IMG/VR virus record: IMGVR_UViG_3300017777_003156
Span: 1 to 39,941 of that record
Direction: 5' to 3' (one strand)
From: a virus
Lineage: Duplodnaviria; Caudoviricetes
Length of the DNA stretch: 39,941 nt
Positions 8,408-16,472 of the stretch are shown here, one piece after another; the stretch's first letter is position 1, and every line of letters begins with the position of its first letter. The notes under the pieces were generated by a model that did no database searches, was not told where the DNA came from, and worked only from the letters and a program-made list of their open reading frames with translations. The position numbers and the translations under genes were made by a program.

Positions 8408-9322
8408 TCAGAACTCCGTTTCGGGTTTATAGCTGTTCTTGGGGCGCACCCCGTCGACCTTGTAAGCGGCATACTTGCCGTATTCGCAGAGCGTATTCTG
8501 TACGTCGTGCAACGTGAGGTCGTCTATCCTCAAGTCCGACTGAATGGCTCGGTCTAACACCTGCAGCTCGAGGTTGAAGTCGTCCTGGTCCCAGGTCTTA
8601 GTAGGCTTAAGCCCCAGCACGTAATTCAATCCCCGCTGACTGCCCGGCCCCAGGGGGGCGAAGTCGTACAAGTCAGCCGCCAACCCGAGCTGCTTGGGGG
8701 TGTAGGTGAGGTCGGCCACCACTTGGCCCGACATGAACGTGCTCACCCCGAAGCACACGGTCAGCGCCTCGACTACGACTTCAACGCGCTGGTGTTCGAT
8801 GGCCTTGCGTATCAAACTAGCGTGCGCCTGGGCGGGCTTTATTATATGCTCAGAAAGAGCGTACGCTTTTGAACGCCCTCGGGCCTTGCCGGTGGGGTAA
8901 ACCATGTACGCCCCGGAAAAGGTTTTCTTGTTCCCCGCCGCCCACTCTTCCATGGCCGCTACAAAGTAATCTTGCTGGAACTCGTCCACCGCCTTCGGCA
9001 ACAACCCCAGGTCGAGTAGCATCGTCAGCGTGGGGGGCCAGTTGATCAGCCGAGCCACGAGGAGCATGAACCACAAGTCCTCGCGCTCTTCGTTAGGTAC
9101 GATGAGGTTCTTGATCACCCACTGCGTCACCCGGTCGTCGCGGCGATGGATGTTGGTGAACTTGTACTTAGCGAGCACAGGGTCCTGGGTGTAGGGCGGG
9201 GGGAAGTCGTTCGCCCGCGCCTGGCGTATCGCCTCGCGCTCCCAGACGAAGTACAAGTAACCCTCCACCGAGCGAACTTCGCTCCGCGTCTCGGGTTCGG
9301 GGTAAGGGCAGTTCTCGTTCAT
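8408..9322 (-). CDS. 5-hmdU DNA kinase helical subunit (aGPT-Pplase1 family)
   Basis: EREAIR...PPPYTQDPVLAKYKFTNIHRRDDRVT, RLINWP, FMSGQVVADL, GPGSQRGL and DVQNTLCEYGKY motifs. Confidence 0.85.
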   Translation of the reverse strand: MNENCPYPEPETRSEVRSVEGYLYFVWEREAIRQARANDFPPPYTQDPVLAKYKFTNIHRRDDRVTQWVIKNLIVPNEEREDLWFMLLVARLINWPPTLTMLLDLGLLPKAVDEFQQDYFVAAMEEWAAGNKKTFSGAYMVYPTGKARGRSKAYALSEHIIKPAQAHASLIRKAIEHQRVEVVVEALTVCFGVSTFMSGQVVADLTYTPKQLGLAADLYDFAPLGPGSQRGLNYVLGLKPTKTWDQDDFNLELQVLDRAIQSDLRIDDLTLHDVQNTLCEYGKYAAYKVDGVRPKNSYKPETEF

Positions 9323-9330
9323 GATTTTGA

Positions 9331-9912
9331 TTATCCCTTTTCAGCTTCGCGCAGGTACCCCACCACCGCCCCCACCGCATCGGTGTGGTCAATCCAGCGC
9401 ACGTCATACCCCCCGGCGAGCGTCAACAGCTCAGCGCTGCGGCGGCATTGGGCATAGGCGCTGAGCATAGTTTTTTCTGGGTCAAAGGGTTTGGTGTTAC
9501 CCGCAGCCGCCCGGCGCGCAAAAACCCGCTCTAGGCACGTGTCCCAGGGCGTGTCAAGAAACCCGAAGATGGCTCCGTGTTCTTTGAGGATCGGGGCCAC
9601 GTGCCCCCCGGCACTTGACTTTGACATCAGCAGCCCCTCCACAAGCACGTGCCCCACCGCCACCGCCTTGACCACCCGGGTGGCGATTTCCTCTTGGGTG
9701 CTGATGCCGTCGGCCCCGCCACACGCATTGGCGTAACTCCCCACAACGTACACCGGACTCATCACGCCCCAAGCCCTCGCGTCAATGTGGTAGCCTAAAG
9801 GACGCGCCGCCCGACCCAACGGCTGACTCGGTAGGCGGTCTATAAAATGACGCACCGCGTGGGTTTTACCCGACCCGTTGCACCCGCGCAGGTTCACTAT
9901 TTGATTTTTCAT
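9331..9912 (-). CDS. P-loop nucleotide kinase subunit of the 5-hmdU DNA kinase
   Basis: NLRGCNGSGKT Walker A, GSY..CGGAD, VEGLL, FLDTPWDTCLERV..RR; lies between the aGPT-Pplase1 and AADT genes. Confidence 0.85.
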   Translation of the reverse strand: MKNQIVNLRGCNGSGKTHAVRHFIDRLPSQPLGRAARPLGYHIDARAWGVMSPVYVVGSYANACGGADGISTQEEIATRVVKAVAVGHVLVEGLLMSKSSAGGHVAPILKEHGAIFGFLDTPWDTCLERVFARRAAAGNTKPFDPEKTMLSAYAQCRRSAELLTLAGGYDVRWIDHTDAVGAVVGYLREAEKG

Positions 9913-10937
9913 TATGACGCCTCTCTCGATGTTATAAAGTTATCCGCTCTGTACGGCACCCCGGTGTCCCGGAACAACCGCGCCTTCTCAGCCCTCGGGG
10001 TGGCCTTCGGCTCGCACTCCTCCCGTAACCACTCCGGTAGGCACCCGGCGCGTATTTCAATAAACGGCTCGGTCACGCCCCCCAGGTTGCGCTCAGTATA
10101 CCATTTAATGCGGTCGAGCGCCATATCGGCGTAAACCCCCGGGTAGCGCCGCCCGAAGAATCCGTTCTTGAACGTGCAGAGGTTTGATTCCAGCGTGAAA
10201 TAGCCCGCGTCAGGGTGATTACAGCGCCCCCGGAACTCGTTCAAGAAGTCCGCTGCCTGGTGGGCGAGGTGCGTGCACATGCCGTTGAAATTCGGGTAGG
10301 TGCCGTCGTGTCCGTTGGCCATGCGCTTGTCCCAGACCTGGTCGTCGTGCCCCAGCAGGAGCAACAACCCATTGCGGTGGGACTTGCTGCCCGACCGGTC
10401 CTCCAGGAACAACCGGTCGCAGTCCGCCCCGAAGCCCATAATCTTGACGTACTCTAAGTACGAGAAGGACGCCAGACGCCCGAACGAATAAAACTGACCC
10501 GTTACCCTAGCCCACAGATCGGGGAAGCTCCCGGTGAGCATAGCGGCCTGCGACCCGTGGTCCTCGGCGAGCTTTGAGTAGTGATACACCGCATTCGGGA
10601 AGTCTCGCTTCTGGTGCCGGCGATCAATGTCGAACGACAAGCAAGCCCACTCGGTGTCGAACCACTCTTTGAGCCGCGTAAACTCAGCTGCCCGCCGGGG
10701 CATCTCGGGGAACTTCTGGACTATGCGCAACGAGGTTATCGGGTTCTGGGTGTTGCCGTTGAGGAACGCAAACCACAGCCGCTGCTCGGCGTCCCAGCCG
10801 AAGTGTTCCGCCAACGCCGGCATGTACAAGTACACGAGGCCGGGCATGACGCGGTGCTCAAGGTTCATGCGGTACAGCTGCTTGAAGTAGTCCGGGCGGT
10901 GCTCAGGTTGGCGGTAGTCCTTCACAGCAGCCCCCAC
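9912..10937 (-). CDS. Amino acid:DNA transferase (AADT, aGPT-Pplase2 family; DNA glycosylase-like fold)
   Basis: QRLWFAFLNG.TQNP, FGRLASFSYLEY, SHRNGL and TLESNLCTFK...RRYPGVY motifs; context with hmU synthase and kinase. Confidence 0.8.
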   Translation of the reverse strand: MGAAVKDYRQPEHRPDYFKQLYRMNLEHRVMPGLVYLYMPALAEHFGWDAEQRLWFAFLNGNTQNPITSLRIVQKFPEMPRRAAEFTRLKEWFDTEWACLSFDIDRRHQKRDFPNAVYHYSKLAEDHGSQAAMLTGSFPDLWARVTGQFYSFGRLASFSYLEYVKIMGFGADCDRLFLEDRSGSKSHRNGLLLLLGHDDQVWDKRMANGHDGTYPNFNGMCTHLAHQAADFLNEFRGRCNHPDAGYFTLESNLCTFKNGFFGRRYPGVYADMALDRIKWYTERNLGGVTEPFIEIRAGCLPEWLREECEPKATPRAEKARLFRDTGVPYRADNFITSREAS

Positions 10938-11062
10938 CCAAACATGAACACTCTGAATAGCAGCTTACAAACAACGCCGGCAAAAAACAACATCACAAAC
11001 CCTGCAAGCGCATACCCCGCGAGCGGAAGCACATCAGAGAAAAAGTAAGAGGTTGATTTCAT
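10922..11062 (-). CDS. Small hydrophobic hypothetical protein
   Basis: 46 aa from ATG 11062 with one predicted TM segment; fills the gap between DHH and AADT. Confidence 0.45.
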   Translation of the reverse strand: MKSTSYFFSDVLPLAGYALAGFVMLFFAGVVCKLLFRVFMFGWGLL

Positions 11063-11063
11063 G

Positions 11064-12014
11064 TTACAAACACCCCCACGCGATGAGCTGTGCGCGGGTG
11101 GCCGTGAACCCGGAAGCGTTCTTGTGCCCCCCGCCCCCGAACGACTTAGCAATCAGACTCACGTCATAGTCTCCGTTCGAGCGCAGCGAACAGGCGTACT
11201 CTCCCCCCGCCGTCACCCACCATAGCAGCCCGAAGGTGCCCGAACGATTAGCCAGCGCATGGCCTACGTCCGAGCTAAGATGGGCGGGGCAATTAGCCAC
11301 CAGACCCACAAACAACCCTTCCCCACCGGCGGGTAACAGTCGACATTCCCGGGCGCAGCCTCGAACCACCGCCGCGACGTTCTGGTTGTGCGCTCGGAGC
11401 AGCGCCTCGCCTTGGCCTACGAATCTCATATAGGCAGCGTGGCCCGCCTCTCGGCCCGGTGAGGGGAACGGGTAATGGTCGAGCAGATCGAAAAACAGCT
11501 CAGGGGTCCACGGCACGCACGACCACAGAGCCTTGGTGTAGGCTTTAGTTTGAGGCCACTTGAACTGCCAGCGGTCGTAGTCGTCGAGGTGATGATACAA
11601 CACCGGCACCGGGCGGGTTGGCATCAGCTCTTCGAAGGTTAACACCGCCCCCGAGCGTGACTCGTCGTGCACGATGACAAACGAATCGCTCTCGCCGTGC
11701 AGACGCCCGCCGGGGTCGTAGTCGGTCTCGAGCATCTGCCTCGCGGTCTGCCGACTCGTGGTGTGGTGATCGTACCAGTAGAGCATTTCTGCCTTTTGGC
11801 AGAGGAACCGCATGTCCTCCAGCGGGAAGCTGAAGTCCACCACGTAAACCGTGCGGTCCTCGACGCCCCCTGGGGTCTGCTCCAGGGCTTTGATCAGGCT
11901 TTCCGGCCCGTAGTTGACCGGCACCCGCTCGATGTCCCCCTCGTGGAGCTGTACGGCGAACGCGGCTCCGTAGCCGTCCGCACAGTTGGCGTGATAATAG
12001 ACAACGGGTTTCAT
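11064..12014 (-). CDS. DHH/DHHA1 family phosphoesterase
   Basis: YYHANCADG, VVDFS, YDHH, SGA, DYDRW, SLRS and GGGGHKNASGF motifs. Confidence 0.88.
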   Translation of the reverse strand: MKPVVYYHANCADGYGAAFAVQLHEGDIERVPVNYGPESLIKALEQTPGGVEDRTVYVVDFSFPLEDMRFLCQKAEMLYWYDHHTTSRQTARQMLETDYDPGGRLHGESDSFVIVHDESRSGAVLTFEELMPTRPVPVLYHHLDDYDRWQFKWPQTKAYTKALWSCVPWTPELFFDLLDHYPFPSPGREAGHAAYMRFVGQGEALLRAHNQNVAAVVRGCARECRLLPAGGEGLFVGLVANCPAHLSSDVGHALANRSGTFGLLWWVTAGGEYACSLRSNGDYDVSLIAKSFGGGGHKNASGFTATRAQLIAWGCL

Positions 12015-12178
12015 ACCGGTACCTCTATCAGTCGGATCTGGTTAGTGGCGGTCTTGCGCAACACGATGATCTTGCGCGGCTGCTCCACCCCCAGCGCAGC
12101 GGCCACCGCCACGGCCAGGGGCTTCGGGTGGAGCTGGGTGATCAGCACCACGGGGGGAACGGCTTCGCGTCGGCTCAT
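12011..12178 (-). CDS. Small hypothetical protein (MSRREAVPPVVLITQLHPK...IRLIEVPV)
   Basis: Own translation, 55 aa; ATGA overlaps at both ends and a GGAGG RBS; not in the ORF track. Confidence 0.6.
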   Translation of the reverse strand: MSRREAVPPVVLITQLHPKPLAVAVAAALGVEQPRKIIVLRKTATNQIRLIEVPV

Positions 12179-12399
12179 ATGGCCTCCGGGGGTTTAGGTA
12201 GCGGCATCCAGTGCGTAGGCTTATCGCAGAACGGCCCATCTCTATCATTACTCCCCCATGACTTTTCTCTTATTGGTACTCCATTCATCCAGTAGTGATT
12301 CGCCCAACGGGCATTGACCACGCGGTGTTTGTAATGCCCATCCCACAAGTCAATGACCGTTCCATCCTTCGGTGCGGTTTCAATCGGTTGCCAGATCAT
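12175..12399 (-). CDS. DUF551-like phage protein
   Basis: WQPIETAPKDGT...PTHWMPLPKPP signature. Confidence 0.8.
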   Translation of the reverse strand: MIWQPIETAPKDGTVIDLWDGHYKHRVVNARWANHYWMNGVPIREKSWGSNDRDGPFCDKPTHWMPLPKPPEAI

Positions 12400-12590
12400 G
12401 TCTTCACCTTGCGTTCAACGGTGTGCATATTGTCGGGCAAGGCGCAGTAAATTCTGTTGCCAAAAACTTGCACATCAAACGCAAGACAATATGCAACCGG
12501 ATTCACTTTGTTGTATTGCTGGATAGCAACCATTACGTTTGCTTCTGGATCAAGGGTTGCTAACTGGGTGATTAGGTCTTTGGTTTTCAC
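12396..12590 (-). CDS. Hypothetical protein (MKTKDLITQLATLDPEANV)
   Basis: 64 aa, overlaps both neighbours; N-terminus typical of small phage early proteins. Confidence 0.65.
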   Translation of the reverse strand: MKTKDLITQLATLDPEANVMVAIQQYNKVNPVAYCLAFDVQVFGNRIYCALPDNMHTVERKVKT

Positions 12591-13111
12591 TTCGCCTCCG
12601 GCGCATGGGCCAGGCGGAACCGCCGACCGTTGATGTCGACCTCGACCAGCTCGCCGAGCTTGGCTGCCGTGTACAGGGTGCGCGTCAGACGGTCATGCTG
12701 GGCGCTGGTCATCCAGTCGGGGTTCTCGCGGCGCACAGCGTAGGCGTTGCGCCAGGTGTGCTTTGTGCCCACGAGCCGTATCTCGCGGTTCAGCTTGAGC
12801 GAGGCCTTCATGTTGGGGCGGGGGGTTGTTTCAGTTTTCTCAGGGGTTAACTTTTCAAGGGCTGTAGTTACAGCCTTGTTGACCAGCATGCCCGGCGTTG
12901 TGTAGCGGGTGGTGGCCTCAGAGGATCTCTTTGCAGCTTTCTCAGCCGCCTTGGTAGCTCCTGCCCCCGGCGCGGGTAGGAGCGCAATGCAGCGAGCCTC
13001 GGCAGTGGCCCGGTTGACGAACTTCTTGACCGGCTTGGTGGGGTTCTGGGAATTGTAGAAGGCCACCAGGTCGGCGGTCTTGGCAGCTTTTACGAGTTCA
13101 ACTGAGTTCAT
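12587..13111 (-). CDS. Basic hypothetical protein, possibly DNA-binding
   Basis: Start reassigned to MNSVELVK (ATG 13111) after an AAGGAG RBS; Lys/Ala-rich. Confidence 0.6.
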   Translation of the reverse strand: MNSVELVKAAKTADLVAFYNSQNPTKPVKKFVNRATAEARCIALLPAPGAGATKAAEKAAKRSSEATTRYTTPGMLVNKAVTTALEKLTPEKTETTPRPNMKASLKLNREIRLVGTKHTWRNAYAVRRENPDWMTSAQHDRLTRTLYTAAKLGELVEVDINGRRFRLAHAPEAK

Positions 13112-13232
13112 AGCGGGGACTCCTTGAGGGTTTTCAGGAACTGCTGGGGGGTTTGTTTCTTGGGTTTTACAGGAGGCACGGTCTTGGGGAACGGCCATGC
13201 CTCCTTGGGGTGGAGCTTGGTGACTGGCTGTT

Positions 13233-13490
13233 TCATTGCTCGATTTCGCCGAGGGACTCGAGGGCTTCTTCCGGGGAGGAGGCTTGCGCTGCCGAGCTGA
13301 GCGTGTTGGCGGCTTCTTCGATTTTCTGGCCATTGTCGGACTGCTGAAGACCTTCCGACATGTTGTCGAACTTCTCCTGCTCGGCGTCCGCCAGCGTTTC
13401 GATCTCTTCTTTGATGGTCTCGAAGTCTGCCTGAAGCTGTTCGAGTTGCGACACCAGGGCGGCTACGGTCTTGCGGTCTTGTGCGTTCAT
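13233..13490 (-). CDS. Acidic coiled-coil hypothetical protein
   Basis: 85 aa with a DAEQEKFDNMSEGLQ.S..G pattern; GGAG RBS; first gene after the promoter at 13537. Confidence 0.75.
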   Translation of the reverse strand: MNAQDRKTVAALVSQLEQLQADFETIKEEIETLADAEQEKFDNMSEGLQQSDNGQKIEEAANTLSSAAQASSPEEALESLGEIEQ

Positions 13491-13536
13491 TTTAATTCTC
13501 CAGTTATCAAGTTATTAAGTGGGTGAAACTGAAACG

Positions 13537-13565
13537 AGTATAAGTGAGTCCAGGCTGAAAGGCAA
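13537..13565 (-). promoter_or_regulatory. Sigma70-type promoter TTGCCT-N17-TATACT
   Basis: -35 at 13560-13565, -10 at 13537-13542. Confidence 0.75.
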
Positions 13566-13611
13566 ATTGTATTTTCCAATCGGCCTGGAGGTTGTGATTG
13601 CTTTTGCCAAT
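13566..13611. promoter_or_regulatory. Tandem dyad operator ATTG-N7-CAAT-N16-ATTG-N7-CAAT
   Basis: Dyads at 13566-13580 and 13597-13611; same spacing and position relative to the -35 box as at 1442-1487. Confidence 0.6.
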
Positions 13612-14015
13612 CAGTAGTCGGCCTCGTCGTAGGCCCAGCCGTCCCGAACGCATTCGGCGCGACCGTAGTTGGGGATAAGCTCTTGGCCGCTCATGTTGTA
13701 GACCCGACCGCAAGCGCAGGTGTTCTCGCGGGCCGAGTGCAGGCAGATGTGCTTACCACAGGTGCACTCCGCCACCGCCGCCTCTACCCAGCGACGGGAG
13801 GAGGTGTGCACGTAGGGGGCGTCGAACTCGGTGCCGACCCCGGCCAGGGCGTCCTTGTAGGATTGGGCACCGACCGCAAACTCGAAGGGCTTTACCGCCC
13901 CGTGCTCGTCGCAGTCGAACGAACAGCCCGAGCCGGGGTGGAGGAGGCTGTCGAAGTTCAGGCTGTGCTCAACAATAACGGTCGGGGTGCGGGGTGAGAT
14001 GATTTTGAGGCTCAT
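13611..14015 (-). CDS. Hypothetical protein with C-terminal Zn-ribbon-like Cys pairs
   Basis: SFDCDEHG, ECTCG...TCACGRVYNMSGQEL. Confidence 0.7.
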   Translation of the reverse strand: MSLKIISPRTPTVIVEHSLNFDSLLHPGSGCSFDCDEHGAVKPFEFAVGAQSYKDALAGVGTEFDAPYVHTSSRRWVEAAVAECTCGKHICLHSARENTCACGRVYNMSGQELIPNYGRAECVRDGWAYDEADY

Positions 14016-14254
14016 GATGCGTTCCTGATAATTCCGGCCTTCACGCCGAGCTTGCGCACGACGTAGCCGTTGATCGATTGCGAGTTGAAGCCGCCCGTGA
14101 TCTCGCGGATCGTCTCGCTGAAGATCGTCGCGCCCGGGCCCGCGTGCTCGGCGTTGATGCGCGCGATCGTCGCGAGCGCTTCGTCCTTCGACATGCGCCC
14201 GATGACTGCGCCGACGCGTCGGCGCATGGTGGTGGTGGTGGTGGTGGTGTTCAT
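14012..14254 (-). CDS. Hypothetical protein with N-terminal poly-Thr
   Basis: 80 aa, AGGAG RBS, (ACC)7 tract. Confidence 0.6.
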   Translation of the reverse strand: MNTTTTTTTMRRRVGAVIGRMSKDEALATIARINAEHAGPGATIFSETIREITGGFNSQSINGYVVRKLGVKAGIIRNAS

Positions 14255-14289
14255 AGTGTGTCTCCTAGTTATTGGGGGAGGTTGGGGGG

Positions 14290-14466
14290 TTACAGCGACT
14301 GCGGCTGGACTTGAACCGCGTAGCCCAGGGTCTTGATGTGCTCCAAGGTGCGGGGGGTGAGGGTCTTGGTCTCGGCGATCTGGGCGAACAACTTGGCGGT
14401 CTCGCAGACCGGGTACACGTTGCGCATGCCGTAGACTTCTTTGATGCTGACGAGGATGGTGTTCAT
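14290..14466 (-). CDS. Small phage protein (MNTILVSIKEVYGMRNVYPVCETAKLFA...KTLT)
   Basis: 58 aa from ATG 14466; VYG..YP.C..AK.FA..KTLT pattern seen in small phage proteins. Confidence 0.65.
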   Translation of the reverse strand: MNTILVSIKEVYGMRNVYPVCETAKLFAQIAETKTLTPRTLEHIKTLGYAVQVQPQSL

Positions 14467-14467
14467 G

Positions 14468-14698
14468 TCAGTACACCCGGCTGAACTGCAGAGATTCTTT
14501 GTTTGAATAATCCCAAACCTTACCTTGGATGTCGACCGCAACCCCGCCGCTAACCATGCGCTCGACAACCTTGCCAATGCGAACGGTTTTCCCGTTCGGG
14601 CATTCAGCCGAATAGATTATTGGAGCCGGCAGGCTTTCAGGTATCGATACGAATTGACCGACAACCAGATAATCGGTAGCTTTGCGAACTGTTTTCAT
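14468..14698 (-). CDS. Hypothetical protein, first gene of the leftward operon
   Basis: 76 aa; AGGAG RBS downstream of the promoter at 14747. Confidence 0.65.
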   Translation of the reverse strand: MKTVRKATDYLVVGQFVSIPESLPAPIIYSAECPNGKTVRIGKVVERMVSGGVAVDIQGKVWDYSNKESLQFSRVY

Positions 14699-14746
14699 AG
14701 TAGGTCTCCTAGTGTTATTCAGTTATGAAGTTATGCAACTGAATTC

Positions 14747-14775
14747 AGTATAACCCATGAATTGCGAAAAGGCAA
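14747..14775 (-). promoter_or_regulatory. Leftward sigma70-type promoter TTGCCT-N17-TATACT
   Basis: -35 at 14770-14775, -10 at 14747-14752, in the AT-rich divergent intergenic region. Confidence 0.75.
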
Positions 14776-14842
14776 GCGTTATTTTTGGGTTCACCCATTT
14801 TATTTTTAATCACTGGTCGAAGGTTGATTGTTTTTTGCCGAT

Positions 14843-14871
14843 TTGCCTTTTGCGCCGAGAGCAGGCATACT
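14843..14871 (+). promoter_or_regulatory. Rightward sigma70-type promoter TTGCCT-N17-CATACT
   Basis: -35 at 14843-14848, -10 at 14866-14871, upstream of the helicase. Confidence 0.7.
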
Positions 14872-14909
14872 GCGGGGGCAAGTCGCCAATATAACAGGAT
14901 AACTCAACT

Positions 14910-16472
14910 ATGAAACTGCGCCCCTACCAGCAACACGCCGTCTCCGCGCTGCACGACTCCCTCAAGCGCGGTGCCTCCCCCGTAGTGCAGCTGCCCACCG
15001 GCACGGGCAAGTCCCTAGTACTAGCCGAAACTGTACGCCGCCTACGAGCAGCTAAGCGCCGAACGTGGGTGGTCACGCACGTTCAGGAGCTCGTAGCGCA
15101 GAACGCCGTGGCCTATGAGCGGCTCACTATGCAGCGCCCTAGCGTCTACTGCGCGGGGTTGTCCCGTAGGGAGTCGGGCGACGTTATCTACGGCTCGGTG
15201 CAGTCGATGATAGGCGCAGCCCTACGCGACGAGCTGCCCGCCCCGGACGTTATCCTCGTAGACGAAGCTCATAGGGTACCTCATAGGGGCAGCGACGCCC
15301 AGCTGTACAAAAACCTGTTCACCCGCTTTCCGGCGGCGCGGCGGGGCGGGTGCACGGCGACCCCGTGGCGACTCGACGACGGACGTATCTACGGCACCGA
15401 CCCCGAGGACTTCTGGTTCGACACCCTGGCGTACCGCTACACGGTGCCCGAGGCGGTGACCGACGGGTGGTTGTGCCCCTTAGTAGGGGTCGAAACCGCC
15501 GTGCAGCTTAACATAGAGGGCGTCGCGGTGCAGGGCGACTACGTGCAGTCGGAGGTTAATGACCGAGAGGACGAGGCGTGGCTCAAAGCCGCGTGTGCCT
15601 CTATAGCGCTACTAGCGGAAAAGCGTCGCCACATCGCGGTGTACAGCCCCGGAGTTACCGCCGCTATACGCACGGCGGCGGCGCTCAGTCAGGCGCTAGG
15701 GGGCGCTCGAGTGGAGACGCTCACCGGCTCGCTCAACTCCGCGGACCGCGCTGCCGTGCTGGAGCGTTTTACCTCGGGGCGCACCCGTGCTCTAGTGTCG
15801 GTGGACGTGCTCACCACAGGCTTCGACTTCCCCGCGCTGGACTGCGTAGCGGTGCTCCGCCCCACGGTGTCCTCGGGGCTGTGGGTGCAGATAGCGGGAC
15901 GCGGAACGCGGCTCGCCTCCGGTAAAAAGAACTGCCTGTTGCTCGACTACGTGGGCAACCTACAGCGGCTCGGGGGCGTGGACATGCTCGACACCTACTA
16001 CCGGGAAAAGGACGGGCGCGTCACCGAGGAGCGCCCCGCCACCCCTAAGCCCCGGGTGGTCAAGCCGGAGACGCCCGGGGTGCGGGGGCTGTTGCCCATA
16101 GACCCGATGACCGGGAAAGACATCACCGCTTCGAGTCTTGTACGGGTCCAAGTTCACAAATCCACGGCGGTGGCCCTCCACCGCAAGGCTCGCGAGGGGC
16201 AACAGTTCCTGCTCATCAGCCACAACACCACCACTCCCGAGGGGGCGCGCATTCTCGCCACCCAAGTATTGTACCCGGAGCAACCCGGCCACCGCGACAC
16301 CCAGGCTAAACTACTCGCCCGGGGCATACGGGCGGCTATGCCCGTCGAGGCCCAACAGCTGGCCTGGCAAGCCAAACATTGGCGCAACCCCACCGAGCTA
16401 ATTATCCGTCGCCAAGGGCGATTCTGGAACGTCGTGGAAGAACACTACAATAACGAGGAGACTGTAGCGTGA
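14910..16472 (+). CDS. SF2 DEAH-box helicase (RadD/UvsW-like)
   Basis: LRPYQ, PTGTGKS, DEAH, TATP, VLTTGFD.P and QIAGRGTR motifs. Confidence 0.92.
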   Translation: MKLRPYQQHAVSALHDSLKRGASPVVQLPTGTGKSLVLAETVRRLRAAKRRTWVVTHVQELVAQNAVAYERLTMQRPSVYCAGLSRRESGDVIYGSVQSMIGAALRDELPAPDVILVDEAHRVPHRGSDAQLYKNLFTRFPAARRGGCTATPWRLDDGRIYGTDPEDFWFDTLAYRYTVPEAVTDGWLCPLVGVETAVQLNIEGVAVQGDYVQSEVNDREDEAWLKAACASIALLAEKRRHIAVYSPGVTAAIRTAAALSQALGGARVETLTGSLNSADRAAVLERFTSGRTRALVSVDVLTTGFDFPALDCVAVLRPTVSSGLWVQIAGRGTRLASGKKNCLLLDYVGNLQRLGGVDMLDTYYREKDGRVTEERPATPKPRVVKPETPGVRGLLPIDPMTGKDITASSLVRVQVHKSTAVALHRKAREGQQFLLISHNTTTPEGARILATQVLYPEQPGHRDTQAKLLARGIRAAMPVEAQQLAWQAKHWRNPTELIIRRQGRFWNVVEEHYNNEETVA

